From assembly GCF_006345805.1 (NCBI RefSeq), contig NC_042997.1, forward strand, positions 118,420,001-118,484,000: a stretch of DNA of 64,000 bases, written 5' to 3'. This document shows positions 12,056 through 26,897 of this stretch, piece after piece (the stretch's first letter is position 1; the number at the start of each line of letters is the position of its first letter). Made by a program: the position numbers and the translations under genes. The DNA is from Octopus sinensis. Taxonomy: Eukaryota. Under the pieces are notes generated by a model. It was not told where the DNA came from and made no database searches. It saw only the letters and a program-made list of their open reading frames with translations.

Positions 12056-14283
12056 CTGATGTGGGGAGAGAGAGAGAGAGGAGGAGGAGGAGGAGAGTAA
12101 GAGAGAGAGAAGGCAAAGGAGAGAGAGATGTGGAGGGAGCGAGAGGAAGATGGAGAGAGAAGGGAGTAACAAGAAGAGGGCGAGGGAGAGAAAGTAAAAT
12201 ATTAAAACAGGGCGTTATGATTGAGGGCGTAGATATGTTAAATGTTATAAGGACCCTCCACAACTTATTTCGTTTGAAGTTCGAAAAGCGAGAGCAAACA
12301 GATCTGGAAAAACAGAATGACTGGAGTTTACTAAACTTGTTTAAGCGCCGCTGTTTAAATGATAGATTATTAAGTTCACTTTTCTTATTCGCGGTATTTA
12401 TGAAAATATAATTGTTTCGCAGTTATTCAATAACGTAAAGGACAGACATATATCATTAGAATTATCTAGACGTTTCATCATTTTGTAATTTTATTAAAGA
12501 AGGCGATCGTTAATGTTATTAGATTTAAATTGGCGTCATACTTCTTCTTTATCTTTCATCATTGCATATTGAAAGGAAGAAATGGAGATGAGGAATGTGT
12601 AAAATGCGGAAGTAAAACAAAAGAGTAAGAGAAATGAGAATCGAAGAATGAAAAATACAAAGAAGAACTTTAAAACAATGACGAACAGAAATGAAGAGAA
12701 AAGTTGAAAGATGGTGAAGTTTAATGATAATAGAAGGTACATTAAACGAAAGAATTAATAGCGAAAGCGATTTAATGAGTAAAAGAAGAAAGATCATGAT
12801 AATATAGAAAATAATAAAGATAATTTTAAACAAATGAAATGCAGTAATACGATCGCCATTAGCATTTGGCATATTTTATCTTCAATTTCTACATCATGTT
12901 TTATGAAAATTGGAGTGTGTTCCAAATATGAAAATAGTATACACACTAGTTTCTTTAATACGAAGATAAATTAGCTGAGTGTGGAAAATTTTGCAACTCT
13001 CTGATTCACGGAGAAGTGGTGGGGGAAGCTGAAATCCAACTCAGTTCTATTATTTATTTCGTATGTAGATTTTATTTTAATACAATTTACAAAATTGTTG
13101 AAAATAAGTCCTCTGATCTCCTAGGTATGAAAAATGCGATAGACATGCAACGCATTTAATGGATAATCATTCATTTGGAGTCACGAAACTATGGAAGATT
13201 ATAGTAACATACTTATATTTAGTACATTTTCTCAACTGAAACGAAGAGAATATGGTCACTGGAGTTGGCATGAATGTATATTTTAATATTTGACCCTATC
13301 ACAGATTCAATAAAAGGTCTTGCCCTTTTACTAGCAGATACGTCAAGCAAGGATGACTCTTAAACCCAGCTTCAGCGCACAAAATAATCTTGATAGATTC
13401 ATATGTGATCCCTGAATTGAGAAAGCCACGTTTCTTTTCCAAACACCCTTTTTATACTAATTCTAATCATGAACGTATTCTCCTAATTAAATTCCAGAAA
13501 TTCGCAACTAAACAGAAGAAAAGCACAAAAATAAAGCAAAACAGAAATATATTAGACAATCGAAATTAAACAGTGAAACATTGAGGGAAATCTAGGTCAT
13601 AATCCAATTATGGTATACAACGGCAGTCATGAAGATCTATATCGCATATGTAGATGCTCTGACTTCAACATATAACTACACAGTTGTTAAGGGTTCTGTT
13701 GATCTACAATGGTTGCTTTCATTGTATGATTGGAAGAATACAAGATATATATATTAGTCATTAGAATTGACGTAATTTTCAGTAGAAAATATGTCTCCCA
13801 ATATTGTTCTTGAGTTTAGACAATGGTAAAGAATTCCCTATTACTTATTTGTTCGATGTGCCTATTATATAATACATTTCATCGAAACTCAAATATACAT
13901 CAATGACTAGACAATAAGTTTTCAAAGTGTTAAAATTTTAGAAGAGAATATACGACTCCTGTATGATTCAACTTGGCTTTACTTTCGCAAACGTGCAGAA
14001 TGTGCTGCCGTTTTATTTTAAAACGACATTCGTCTGTTTAAAATGAATCGCATAGCCTTAAATATTCTGAAATACTACTTGAAATAAATTTGCAATTCTG
14101 AAACATTATGGTAAAATTCCCCCTTGAACATATTGAAATGTGTTACTGTTTTCTTGTCTGCAAGCCATCATAACATAAATTTTAACATTTGCAATCATAA
14201 GTGCATAAAAAAACAGAAACAAGCTACATAAAAAAGCCGATATAATGTGAATTATTGGCGGTAAAAAGAAACAAATATATTAC

Positions 14284-14348
14284 CTCTAGCAAGGAGGAAT
14301 CCATCATGAAATTTTTCTCGCTCATAATTTAATCCACAATTAATTATA
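14284..14348 (-). CDS. Candidate 65-nt internal exon (IINCGLNYEREKFHDGFLLAR)
   Basis: tttcag acceptor and gag|gtaata donor, with only one open frame. Confidence 0.3.
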
Positions 14349-14631
14349 CTGAAACGTATGTTCTTCCTGCTAGGAGAAAATTCTTTTGCATAAATGGTTT
14401 TAGGTTTATTACATTCCTCTCAAGCAAACTATCTGCTGTACATTGCTGTATAAACATTAGTAATTTGCTTTCTTCACCAAGATTTGACTTTATATTCCTG
14501 TTTGTATAGAGAATGTTAATGTTTAGTATATATTTACGCTTATATTTCGTTTTCACTGAATGTTCTCCAACTATATTATTTATTTATTCTTTTCTTTCTC
14601 TTTCTCTCTCTCTCTCTTTGTTTATTTTCCC

Positions 14632-14665
<34 letters not shown>

Positions 14666-15884
14666 GTATCCCTCTCTTTTACTCTCCCTCTCCCAACAAT
14701 AGAATGATGTTATGGTTATGACTAAAAGTTGTATGATATGTTCGAGACTTGCTACACTTTCCACGCTCAGCAAATAAAAATAGACGTTTTCCCACGCTGA
14801 TCATAACAATGATAAATAAAACTGCTGGATATTAGCAGTAGGAATATTAGTTATCCACTACCTCACACTTGCCATATTCTGTTCGTGCTTTTGTCTATAA
14901 TTTGTCTGCAAAGACACCCCGCCTATTATTTGCACAAACCATAAATAATTTTCTTTTCATTTTTATGCACTCAATGTACAGGAACTCGGTATAGCAGGAC
15001 AATCAAAGATAGAAATGCTTATTGTTCGCTATAATTTCCATTTATTAAGCAACTGTTGTTTGAAGACTGACAGGGCTGTCTAATTTTTGATTTTGTTTTT
15101 GAATTGTCTTAGAGTTGGAGTTTAAGTCTTGCCTTGGATATTATATTATGTTGGTGATGATGATGGTGAGGATGATGATGATGATGATGATGATGAGGAG
15201 GAGGAGGATGATGATGCTGATGATGATGATGTTGATAAAAACCATGACAATAACTATAAACCGCAATAGGAATAGTAATAGTATTAAACAGGGTTAAGTC
15301 GTCAGTCAACAGACTAATGACAATATAAATATTACAGTTTTCTTTGTGAGGTTTAGAGATCATTTGTTGTCTCAAAAGAAACATATAGGCAGCTTAGAGC
15401 TTATAAATAGCATTCAGAATTGGATAATATTAAAACGGTGATGCATAAAATGCTGTGGATAACATAATGCTTTGGATAATATAATGCTTCTAAAGAAAGA
15501 TGCTGCTGCTAAGAGGCGGACATCCGTTTGAATTCGGTGAAGTGCGTTAACTGTTCCTTATCTCCATTCGACATCTGTATGTCTTGTATGCCACCTCCAC
15601 TCTTGTTGAGTGGAGTTGAGATAATTATAGAAAGCATTAGTAAAGTAGCCTTAAGGTGGTAGCCTAGGAGAACCGTTAAAGTGTCGGAACAACTGCTTTG
15701 CGGTATTTCTTCCGATTTATTACTGAGTTCAAATTCTGACTGGAGTCGGTTTTATTTTTACCTCCTCCCTGGTGTCAATAAAATAAATTGCCAATCAAGT
15801 ACTAGGGTTCGTAATATCGACATTACCCTACTTTTAAAATTGCCGGCTTCGTGACAAAATATAAAATTATTACAAATAGGATGA

Positions 15885-16320
15885 AGGCGGCGAGCTGGCA
15901 GAATCGTTAGAGCGCTGGACGAAATGCTTAGCGGTATTTCCCCCGTCGTTACTTTGAGTTCAAATTCCACCGAGGTCAACTGTGCTTTTCATCCTTTCAG
16001 GGTCGATAAAATAGGTACCAGTTGAATACTGGGGTTAATGTGATCGACTCCTCCCTACCCACCCAAGCTGCCCCTATTGCAAAAAATTGAAATAATTATT
16101 ACTAATAGGATGAAGGCAGCGAGCTGACAGAATCGATAACATGCCGTGCAAAAAGTTTAGCTGCATTTCAACCGCCTTTACATTCTTAGTTCAAATTCTG
16201 CCAAGGTCAGCTTTGCCTCTTATTTTTTCGGTGTCGATAAAATAAGTACCAGCAAAGTATTCGAGTCGATGAAAGCGCCTAGTCTCTCTAAAATTTCAGG
16301 CCTTGTGATGATTAATAATA
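15885..16320 (+). mobile_element. Two tandem family-A tRNA-derived SINEs, followed by decayed SINEs to ~16990
   Basis: Heads aaggcggcgagctggcagaatcg (15885) and aaggcagcgagctgacagaatcg (16113), each with gttcaaatt. Confidence 0.85.
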
Positions 16321-18329
16321 GGTTCTGTTAATATGTCACTAAAGAAAGTGATCTGTCGCAGCCATTAGAACATCGAGTAAATTACTTTGTAATACTTATT
16401 CCGGATTAAAATCCCACCGTGGGTCCGCTTTGCACTTTTATCATCCGGAACTGGTATCGATCTCTGAAACTGGTTGTTCGTTGTGTTCTTGAGCAAGACA
16501 TTTCATTTCACGTTGCTCCAGATATCTCAGCTGTCAATGAGGAACCCTACGGCGGACCAGTGTTTCGTTTAGGGGAAATATAGTGAATTCGGTCACTTAT
16601 ACGCCGTGGAAATCAATCGAGTAATCGACCCTATAAGTCCTAGGAATCGGGAAAGTAATATCCAGGGGCTGAAGATGATTATTTGTACCAGTGTGAATGT
16701 TTGTAGTGTAGTAGTTAGTGTGTTCCACTCTCGTTCGTCAGATGGTAGGTTTGATTACCGGATCGAGCAATGCGTTGTTTTCTTCAGCAAAGCACTTCAT
16801 TTCACGTTGCTTCAGTCCACTCAGCTGCGAGTGGGTCACACTAACCTTCCGATCAGCAAGCATATTGACCTTCTCGCTTAGTCAGCGGTGTGGCATCATT
16901 TGAAATCTAAAAATACAATGCAAAGCGAATTATGAATAGTGATGTATACAACATCCAATATACTGGTCGATCACGTGATCTGTACTAACATGAAATGGGA
17001 TAACAAAAACCAAATCTTGCGCGGCTCAGATTGTATTTTGTTAGAAATTCTTTCAAACAGTGTTTTACTTTTATTAAATTCCACTTTTACAGAAACCAAC
17101 TTCACTTCTTTTATACTTTCTGATTAATCTGAATAATTTGATGACTTGATCATAGCCACTATATAGAAACACGGCGGTACTGCATGCATAAGACAAACCT
17201 GGAGGGATCTAAGCCATATGGGATCTCCAATTAGAAAGCATTTAAATTCCAGTCATACGTCAGATGAAGTATAATTATATTTCACAAGTTGACCATCAGT
17301 TGTTTAACCTTGGATGGCAATTACCTAATGAAAATGCTGGCTGGTGATGAGAATTATGTCTCAAACGTGAAGCTGTTGTTGTAAACACGATACCATTCAT
17401 GTGACACTGTAGTAGTGAATATCATATCACACATGCAAGAATATGTTGCTAAACATAATATCACAGATGTGACATTTGTGGCAGTAAATATTACACCCCA
17501 CATATGATGCTGTGTTATTGAAACCTTTATATCATACGCGACTCTTTGCTAGTGAGTATGATATCAAAAACCTGACGCTGTGGTCGTAAACATTACACTA
17601 CACGTGACGCAGTGACGCATTCACTTGCATTAGTTAAGTTTGGAAAGATAACCCCCGAGGTTCAAGAGTTTTAGAAAATTATGCCTTGTAATGTTTGGTT
17701 CAACCATTGGCACACTTGATGCTACTCGAAACTTCATAACTTAAGGAAGCGGCAGACGTAAATTATCGACAGATCATTCTTGATATCGAAAAGGCCGGTG
17801 GGCCAGACAAAATGCCCAGAGGTTAATTGATGTTTCGTTACATTCTAGGAATTTCAACCGTGTTTCGTGGTCTGCTATCACAACAGGTCCTTTATATGAT
17901 CCAGTTAGCTCAAGACATCATCAGGAGGAAAAACGTCCAGTTTCGGCCCCTACTCCTCTACCGTTTTGACGTGGAAGCCCTCTCACTTTCGGAGGTGTCT
18001 TCGGCTTTGATGTTGGGTGCATATCTTCGTTCTTTCTTCTGTTCCCTGGCCTCTTCGATGTGGCGTCAACGAGTGTCAGCGGGCGACTGACTGCCTTGTC
18101 AAATTTTTTCCCCATAAAATACCTGCTGCTAGGCTTCAGCAGGCAGCCCCAGCAAGTTGTCAAGTGACACTGTCTTAAATTTAACTGACCATGAAGGCGC
18201 GTAATCTTAGCCCACGTAAGTTCTGTTGGAGTCAAGTTTACTGTCTTAAATTCTGGACTCGATAAAATACGTACTAAGCAAATACTAGAGATCTCTGAGA
18301 TAATCGACACTCATTGTTCGAAATATTCT

Positions 18330-18531
18330 TTTATTCTTTGACTTGTTTCAGTCATTTTGACTGCGGCCATGCTGGAGCACCGCCTTTAGTCGAGCAAGTC
18401 GACCCCATGACTTATTCTTTGTAAGTCTAGTACTTATTTTATCGGTCTCTTTGCCGAACCGCTAAGTTACGGGGGACGTACACACACGAGCATCGGTTGT
18501 CAAGCAATATTGGGGAGACATACATATACAT

Positions 18532-18620
<89 letters not shown>

Positions 18621-18760
18621 GGCGGTCTTCTTTCAGTTTCCGTCTACCAAATCCACTCACAAAGCTTTGGTCGGCCCGAGGTTATAGTAGAAGGCACTTG
18701 CCCAAGGACGGAACTCGGAACCATGTGACTAGTAATCAAGCTACTTACCATATAGCCACT
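18330..18760 (-). mobile_element. Family-B tRNA-derived SINE
   Basis: Reverse complement of the 9485 copy. Confidence 0.85.
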
Positions 18761-18835
18761 CCTGCGCCTATTTACGACACAGCCACTCCTGCGCCTATGA
18801 AAATATGTTAAAAACGTTTTTTTTTTACATTAGTA

Positions 18836-20623
18836 TTTATAGCCTCCGCCTTCGATATGGCGGAGGTATTGTTTCAGCCGTGTTTTTTTGTTTGTTTGTT
18901 TGTTCAGGGACACGATATCTCAAGAACCGTAGGATGGATTCGGATGAAACTTTTAGGGATGTTTGGCCTCAACTGGCACAAACGGATTAAATTTTGGAAT
19001 CGATCCGGTACTGGAGAAGGATTCTGGATTATTTTCCGTTTTTTAAAAACTTTTTGAGAGCGTTCGGGACCATTTTTAGTATTCTCGTTTGTGAGAACAG
19101 TCGATTTTATTTAAGATATTCTCATTTTAAAAATCCTCTCTGGTTAATCGTTGAGAGGACGTTGGTGTTCTAGTCGAGTCATTTGATTCCCTGTTGCATT
19201 TGATGTGTGTTTGCTTCATGTGAGTCTTGTTTAAATTGTTGAAGGCCTACCGCACCTAATTGTTGTATTTGTGAATTGTTAAATTTATTGTTACCTGTGA
19301 ATTTTTATTTTCTTCCGCATTTATGGGTGAAGTTGGGAATAACAATATTATGGAAAGTCAACCAATTCCAGCTGGCAGTTACGCTGCAGGGACTGGGAAA
19401 AGTCTAACGGCAGATGTCTTGAAAATTAGAGAAATTCAACTGAACAAAACAAATTTTAAGAAGTATAATGAATAGTTAAGAAAGGAAGGAGACAACCTGA
19501 GGTTGACGCCGCTCAGGGAAATTATGAAAAAACAGAAAAAAGGACAGTAATATACAGAACGCTGTCTATTGCTACAAAAAGAGTTGAAATAGCTGCAGTG
19601 GAGGCAGTCGAAGAATGCTTGAAAGAAATCGAAAGTCTAACCACGTACTACACCAGAGGAAAGAAATACGGCAGAGTGGAGGTACCCTTCGCAAGTGAAC
19701 AAGAAGCGATAAAACACTCTACTGTGACTTTGAGATCAACTGAGTGAGCACTACTGCCAACTTACTGTGGCAAACGTGCGGCTAGAGTTAGGATTGGTAG
19801 AGTGCCCACAGAAATTGACGAGACGTGACTGGTGGCAGCCATACTCTATAATGCAGAAGAGGAAACCAAAATACTTAAAATCACAAGAACTACGGAGGTA
19901 AAGTGCTGGGTATACGGCCTTGAGGTGTCGGTTCACATCAGTTTACCAGACCTCCACAAAATTGTAGAGGAATTGGTGTTGCCAGATTGGACGAAGTTGA
20001 GAGTTGTAGTGGAAGGAGGACCTCCCGTATGCTATCAATGTGGAGTACGGGTACACATGAAAGCCAAGTATCCCCAGAAACACGAAGAGGAGGAGATAGG
20101 GAAAGAATAACAAGAAGAAGGGGTTTTAACCGTAGAAGAGCAAAGTATGGAAGAACGGTATACAGTGGTGAAGAGGAAGGAGAGTAATGCGGACTTACCA
20201 CCAAAACGTCGTAGGAAGAAAAGATAAGGAAATGGAGTGAAGACGCAGAATGTGGAAGAAGGAAAAGCGAAAGAGCAGAGAAAAAATGAAAGGCGAACAA
20301 AAGTTAGTGAAGGGGTCGAGGAGCGAAGAGAGAAACGTTTATCAGCAATCAGCAACGAGGAGAAAGTACAGAAGGAAAAGGAAGATGAAAGAGAAAAGAT
20401 AACAATAAAGAATGAGAGACATACAGAGATAGAAATACCAGCAGCAGTAGAAGAGATTGGTGAAGAAAATCAGAGAGAGACACCGAAAAGAAAACGAATA
20501 AGAAATATGTTACAATACACAAAAAGTGAAGAGATAGAAAAAAAAAAGATTGCGAAAATGAAGAATGTAATTAGAATTAAATTGCCATCCAACTAGATGA
20601 ATGCAGGTTCGAAAGCAGTTCTG

Positions 20624-20701
<78 letters not shown>

Positions 20702-21170
20702 AAGGTTAAAGGAATTGTTTGGTGAAAAGTGAGAAATGACACCAGTACAGTATTGTTCTGAATTGCCGCCGGTGGTGGCATTCAAAGGTTTAATGAAGTA
20801 CTTGGCGTAAATGAGGGTAAGGGAGGAAATTTAAGAACTGAATAATTAGTCACTTTGTGTAAATAAAAAAAAAAGAGGAGAAAAAAAGGGAAAACCAACA
20901 GATACAAGACAGAATATTGAACAGTTGGTAAAACGTTATATCAAAACAGTAAAATGAGACTGCCTGCTTATGGAGGGCAGGTAAGTCATTCCATCCTCAT
21001 TTTTAATTGTATCGATAATTTCATACGATATGGGTTTTTATGTACCCCATGGTATTGTTATGTATGTACTTGTATTGTCCCCTCCCTTTTAGAGCCATGT
21101 GCTCAGTAAAAGAAATTAGGACGTTGGTGTTACCTTGGCGGAGGTTTGCGCTCTCTGAGTGCTCTTGTTT
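18836..21170 (+). mobile_element. DINE-1/HINE-like (Helentron-associated) non-autonomous element, split in two (18836-19169 and 21118-21170)
   Basis: 5' hairpin cctccgcc-ttcgatat-ggcggagg, then (gttt)n and an acgatatctcaagaacc...gatgaaactt core. The 3' end is ccttggcggaggtttgcgctctctgagtgctcttgtt. Confidence 0.65.
19170..21117 (+). mobile_element. L1/Tx1-like non-LTR insertion with decayed ORF1 only, flanked by a 14-bp TSD
   Basis: aggacgttggtgtt occurs at 19156-19169 and 21118-21131. The ORF1 relic from ATG 19350 includes VVVEGGPPVCYQCGVRVHMKAKYP, a degenerate CCHC knuckle. Confidence 0.75.
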
Positions 21171-22554
21171 ATTATTGCAGCACAGGACAAAAATAATGTG
21201 GCGCGACACCAATTATAACTAGCGATTGATTTTAATTTTGAAGGAATAATCTTTAAAAAAAATCCGATTTGATGTTATTTATCTCAGAATAGAGGTAGAG
21301 CAGAGATAAATAGTGAGAGGTGAGTATTCCAGTGTTTTACACGTGTGCAATATAATTGACTTATAATTTAGGCAAGCTGTCTTACATCTGTGGGTTTGAG
21401 GTACGGTCAACTGAGTCGGCCCTAATATTCTACTGCAATTTTAATTTTAGCGATTCTCAGAAAATAAAGACGAAGATTAACACTGATGGGATATTAACTA
21501 ACGAATTAAAGAGACCATGAAATATAGTCCGGGCAGTCTCCATTACTGTATTTCCTATATCGTAGCGACATAATAATAAACATTCTAAAATTAATATCAA
21601 TCTAGAAGATGCTATCGACAGAATCAATAATTGACATTTCAGAAGTTGTTTGCGGTCGTACTAAATTTTATTAGTAACACGACAATTATGAATATATATT
21701 CACAAGCTGATATAAAAGCACAATGAATCATACAGGTCTCTTTTGTTTTACTTACTTCTGCAACAAGGATGCAGTCGCCCGTTAAAAACAGATAACCTCA
21801 TGTAATGACATATCTCAATTGATTTCTCGTATGACATTTGCATTAACGCTGGTTATCGCATAAAGTCTGCGTGTTAAAGCTTTGGACGTATATGTCTTGA
21901 GTAGTGCTTATTCAAGCGTATCTATGTTGATTTAGTGAAAAACAAATGAAATTAAATTATCCTCGCTACCCAGAAACATGATTTATCACGCCACTGATGA
22001 TAGCCGTGATGTTGTGGTAAGTTTTTATAGTTTTTATAGAACGATATACACTGTCCTCTTTCGATTAACAACTAAAATTGTTTTTATTATATCCGTTCCA
22101 GCTTCGCACCTTCAACAAATACACGCCTTCCAATAACGCCATATTTGATTCCTAAAATACATAAATAAGCATAGTCTGTTGTGTAATGGGGAGTTTGTAG
22201 ATTAGAAACAATGTCTTATAATCAGTTAGATCAAACATAGTGTTTTACTGGCGATCTGGAGTGATAAACATATTAATACATTATCTCTACTAGTGTCTTT
22301 TAAACATAGAAAGTGAAGGTGCAATATTAAATATTACAAGTCATTATCGTTTGGCATCCTCTGCCGTTCTCTAAACAGATATATCTACCTACCTATCTAT
22401 CCTCCCCGAAAAGAAAAGCTCTACTTTGTAATTTGTCCCGCCTGTGTTCAGCCCTGTGTGGCTAATAAAGAAACATATCTATCTATCTATCGATCGATCG
22501 ATCTACCTACCTACCTACCTACCTACCTACCTACCTACCTACCTACCTACCTAC

Positions 22555-22610
<56 letters not shown>

Positions 22611-22979
22611 GTCCCTTCTTTTCTACTTCTATTATTTGTTGAATGACTTACTAAAATAATTTAACAACTTTTGCTGCCAATCTAATCTATATTCTGAATA
22701 CGAGGACACAGATATTGTAGAACTAGTTATCTCACAAAATTTAGGGTGATCTCAACTAGAATGCCTTTTAGCATTTGGATGTATATTCAGTCTGAATTGA
22801 TAAGAGATGGAATCGCAACATTGTTAACCCTCAAAGTTTCCGAATATAACACCCATGAACACAGAACAATATCGGAATTAAGTAAATGGTTACAATCAAA
22901 TTCGCATTAGCTGTGCAAACAAGACACCGAAAAGAGACAAATTGGGAGTTTATCATAAAAACATTGATTTGAATAAATT

Positions 22980-23690
22980 TTGTCACTGACAACTTGATTC
23001 GCTAAAGTGATGCGGCCAGCGAGAGACAAGGATGAGCTTGATATATTGGTCAACTCAGGTCACATGGTGTTAATGCTGCGGAGAGGATATAGTTCCTCTA
23101 TTCTTAGGCCCATGTGCTTGACTAGGGTTTTGGGTAGACGTTGTCAGTATGGCAAGAACTAGCATTATAGTGTATCTAGTAACATCACTTCCCTGTAGTC
23201 TTAGTACAGTGGGAGTTTTAGCGCGGGTTCGTACTTGGTGTCCCTTCAGTGTGACATTAACATATTAGCGGCATAAGTTTATACGTGGGAGTGACTAAAT
23301 TTGATGGTGTTAGGTTAAAATGACGTCTACGTGATCAGCTTGGGAGGTACTGTAGTTTACACGGTCGACAGATATTAAATAGTCTACAGTAGTGTAGGGG
23401 ACGGTCAGGCATGGAGTCGTATATTCAGATTGTCAGTTGATTAAGAAGGAGTACTTATGGTTGCCACAATAATACTCATGAGGGCAACATTCTTTCCGTT
23501 GATGGAGACTATCGGTTGGTGAAGTTTGTATAGCTTCTCGATGAGACAGACTTAGCAATTGTGAGTTCTAGGTGAGTAAAGTGGGGCGCCTATCATTGAG
23601 GCTCCATTTGATATTCTGATGGTCGCGAAATATCCTGTTAAAAGGGGACAGGGATGTAGAGGTTTCCCTATCCCTGCGCCTGAAGGAGTA
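22980..23690 (-). mobile_element. Possible decayed Penelope-like or other retroelement relic
   Basis: The GC-richer, coding-like texture has weak GIY-YIG-region resemblance, but no intact motif. Confidence 0.25.
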
Positions 23691-23698
23691 CGAAGGTC

Positions 23699-24790
23699 AT
23701 GTATTCCTCCTTTAAACTCATCGGTTGTCATGCCTATGTAGAATCTTGTGATGGTATTGTATGGTGTGAGGACAGATCCCTGAGGGACGTCACTGGTGAC
23801 TTTTGCTGGGTTTTAGTGGATTCCACCGATTCAACATGTGTTCTGTTCTCCAGGAAATACTCAATCCAGTATAGAGGTTTTACCCGGATTCCAACATTTG
23901 ACAATTTTGACAATAGGATATCACGTTCAACTCTGTCGAACGCTTTATTGAAGTCAAGCTATATGACATCAGAGTTCAAACCTGTTCCCAAGGCTTTAAG
24001 GATATCATCGATGTGGTGTAAGAGCTGTGTTCGACAGTCCCTGCCGCAACGAAAGCCATGCTGGTTTGAATTTAAGAATGTGTGGCTCTCCAGGAAGCCA
24101 GCTATGCTTGATCTCATCACTCTTTCAAACACTTTAATGATATAGGAGGTGAGTGAGATTAGTCGATAGTTAACTCCGAGGAATCTGTTCCCGTGTTTGA
24201 AAACCAGGAAGACAGACTGGGATAGTTCAAAGCTCTTCTTCAGAGGTTAGTGGGAGGGTCTGCAAGTTGGTGTTTACATTCCTCCAGGAGACTAGTGGGG
24301 AATCTGTCAGGGTCTACAGCAGAATAATATTTGATCTTATTTATTGCTGCTATGATGTCTGAAGCAGTAAAAGGTTATGTCTGAGATTATACTTTGGGAA
24401 TCGACTTCGTTCATGTCCCTTACGTCAATCTCAGTGGGATCACTAAAGACAGAGCAGTATTGTTTCTGCAGTACCTCTGCCATTTCTTTAGCATCATGCT
24501 GGAGAATGCCGTTCATCGATCCATGAACCAATGGGTAAGACGCTTGGGTTCTGTTTAACTTCTTTTGATTACCCTCTGTTCCTCTGCAGCTCTTTGGTTT
24601 TCAATAGAGGTTTTCATGTTGGTCTGCAGATTAAGTTTTTCCAACTCCAGCCTTTTCATTGTTGTTGAATGGGAATATTGTATGTGGGAGTATTTTAATT
24701 GGTTGATTTTTTTATTGAGTCTTTCGATGCGCCTGATGAGTGTTTTTTTCTCTGTAGGGAGCTTGTTTCTCATTGTATTAGTGGATTTCA
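23699..24790 (-). mobile_element. CR1-like LINE internal fragment (tether and RT)
   Basis: AEVLQKQYCSVFSDP matches 38502. The reverse strand of 23699-24145 encodes QHGFRCG...YLDFNKAFDRVE-type RT motifs. Confidence 0.85.
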
Positions 24791-24792
24791 TA

Positions 24793-24908
<116 letters not shown>

Positions 24909-26029
24909 TGTGTGTGTGTGTAAATAATATTAGGGTAATAAGAATTATAGAAATTGTAATTACCAATGGCCCAGCACAAAAATAACATTAGCCAATAGAC
25001 TATATATTTTTTAATTTTCATTCCTTTCCAGAATTTATCCCTAATTAGTGGTTTGAGCTTTCTACTGCTCTTTCTAGCACAAGGCTTTCCTATTTTGAAG
25101 CTTCTTAATGTGTTTTAATGTACACGAGATTTATATATATATCTATATATCTATATGAGTGTGTGTGTGTGTGTGTGTGTGTGTACACAGATACACATAT
25201 ATATACACTCTCCCAATGTTCAAGGAAGAAAGTTAAGTAATGAGAAATAAAATCCTACATGGCAAGAAGTTTTGGGGAAAACTTTCGTTTTATTCCGTCG
25301 AGATATTCTTACTGTTCACAGCCAAACCGAATAAGAGATGTCACGACGGTGATTATTATTAGTAAATGATTATTTTTGTGTTGTTGTTGCTAAGATTGTT
25401 TGAAATTCTATCGATCAAAGACTTACTTTGTATGTCTCCGAAGACGTTATGAATGTGGAGACTAAGTTAAATAAATATGTGGTCGTAATTGGTTAAACAT
25501 TGACAGCGTTATCTCACATGCACAGATAAATATTTGGCTGTTTGTGTATGTGATTCTGTGTATATGGATGGGAAAGAAGCTAGGAGGAAAACGGTGGGGT
25601 TTCAATTAAGGTTTCTAATTAATTCTGTGAGTTTATGCATGGAAACCATATATATCTTGTATGAGGGATATTTATTGTCTTCCTAATTACTACTTTATCG
25701 AATGATTCATACACAGATAGCATTGTGGAGTTAATATTAATAGCGGTGGGATGTGTTGGAAAGGATTTTCAGAAAATTGACAGAGTCTACTAATTCAATC
25801 ATGCATTATAGTGATGAAGATAATTTATTTATTATTTCTAAATAATCGCCATAGCCTGATCGGTAAGAATGATAAACAGGCTGATTAAAATAGCATTAAA
25901 TATTTATTAGCATTCATCACCTTTAATGCTGAAGTAATAAAAATCTCTATATTAATGTGTGTGTTTTACCCCTCGGGGAACAATTAAGACACTTGAGGTC
26001 GGCTAAAATTTATAGGAATTATGGTTTCA

Positions 26030-26490
26030 TTGCTGTCATGTTTTATCTTTATCTTTCATCTTTTCCTACTTGCAGTCATTGGATAGCGGCCATGCTGGAG
26101 CACTATCTCAAAAGGTTCCATCGAGCAAATCAACCCCAGTACTTACTTTTAAATTCCGACAATTGTTCTCTCGCTCAGTTTTGCCAAATTGCTAAGTTAC
26201 GGGGGCCATAGACCCCCGGTCAACAACCGGTTGTGGAGGACAAACAGAAACACAAACACACCACACAGACACAGACACACCCCACACAGAGACACACTCA
26301 CACACAAACACACATACACGCGCATGTATATACAATGGGGCCTCCATGCAGTCTCCTACATAATTCACTGACACGATATTGGCCGGCGCGGGGGCTATAG
26401 TAGAAGACTGTTTTCCAAAGTGTCACACAGTGAAACTGAACCTGAATTCATGTGATTGCAAATTGAGCTTCTTAACCATACAACCACGCC
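26030..26490 (-). mobile_element. Family-B tRNA-derived SINE (decayed)
   Basis: Contains gcggccatgctggagcac and gctaagttacgggg blocks. Confidence 0.75.
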
Positions 26491-26897
26491 TGAAATACTG
26501 TTTCTTTTATAGTTAGACGCTACGCCCATGATCGACGTATTCCCCTCGAAAATTTTGTGATTGAGGCCATTAATAATCTTCTTAAACGAGTGAAAGTTTA
26601 CCACAAAAGGAAAGATATATGGAAGCATAAACGATCAGGATGCTGATATTACAGGCTTGGATGATTAGGAAATTTTGTAAGTTCGATACCTTGGAGGTTG
26701 GATACGATATAAATGATAGGATGAAATGAGTGAGTCGGGAGTGTTCGAGAGGGAGTGGTACAAACACACTTTGCTGTTAAGGCAAAAGTCAATGTAGCAA
26801 CAGTAGAAAATGCAAAAGGAGGGAACAGCTCGTTTATGGGTCATAGATTGGAGGGTGTATGGGAATAACTCTATGGCAACAAGTTGAATGGATTTTC

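Noticed and set aside
17400-17620. Degenerate gtgac...gtag..aat repeats
   Set aside because: An old minisatellite with no consistent period or reading frame.
17860-17945. Minus-strand CUGAUGA...GAAAC
   Set aside because: Helices I and II do not pair convincingly.
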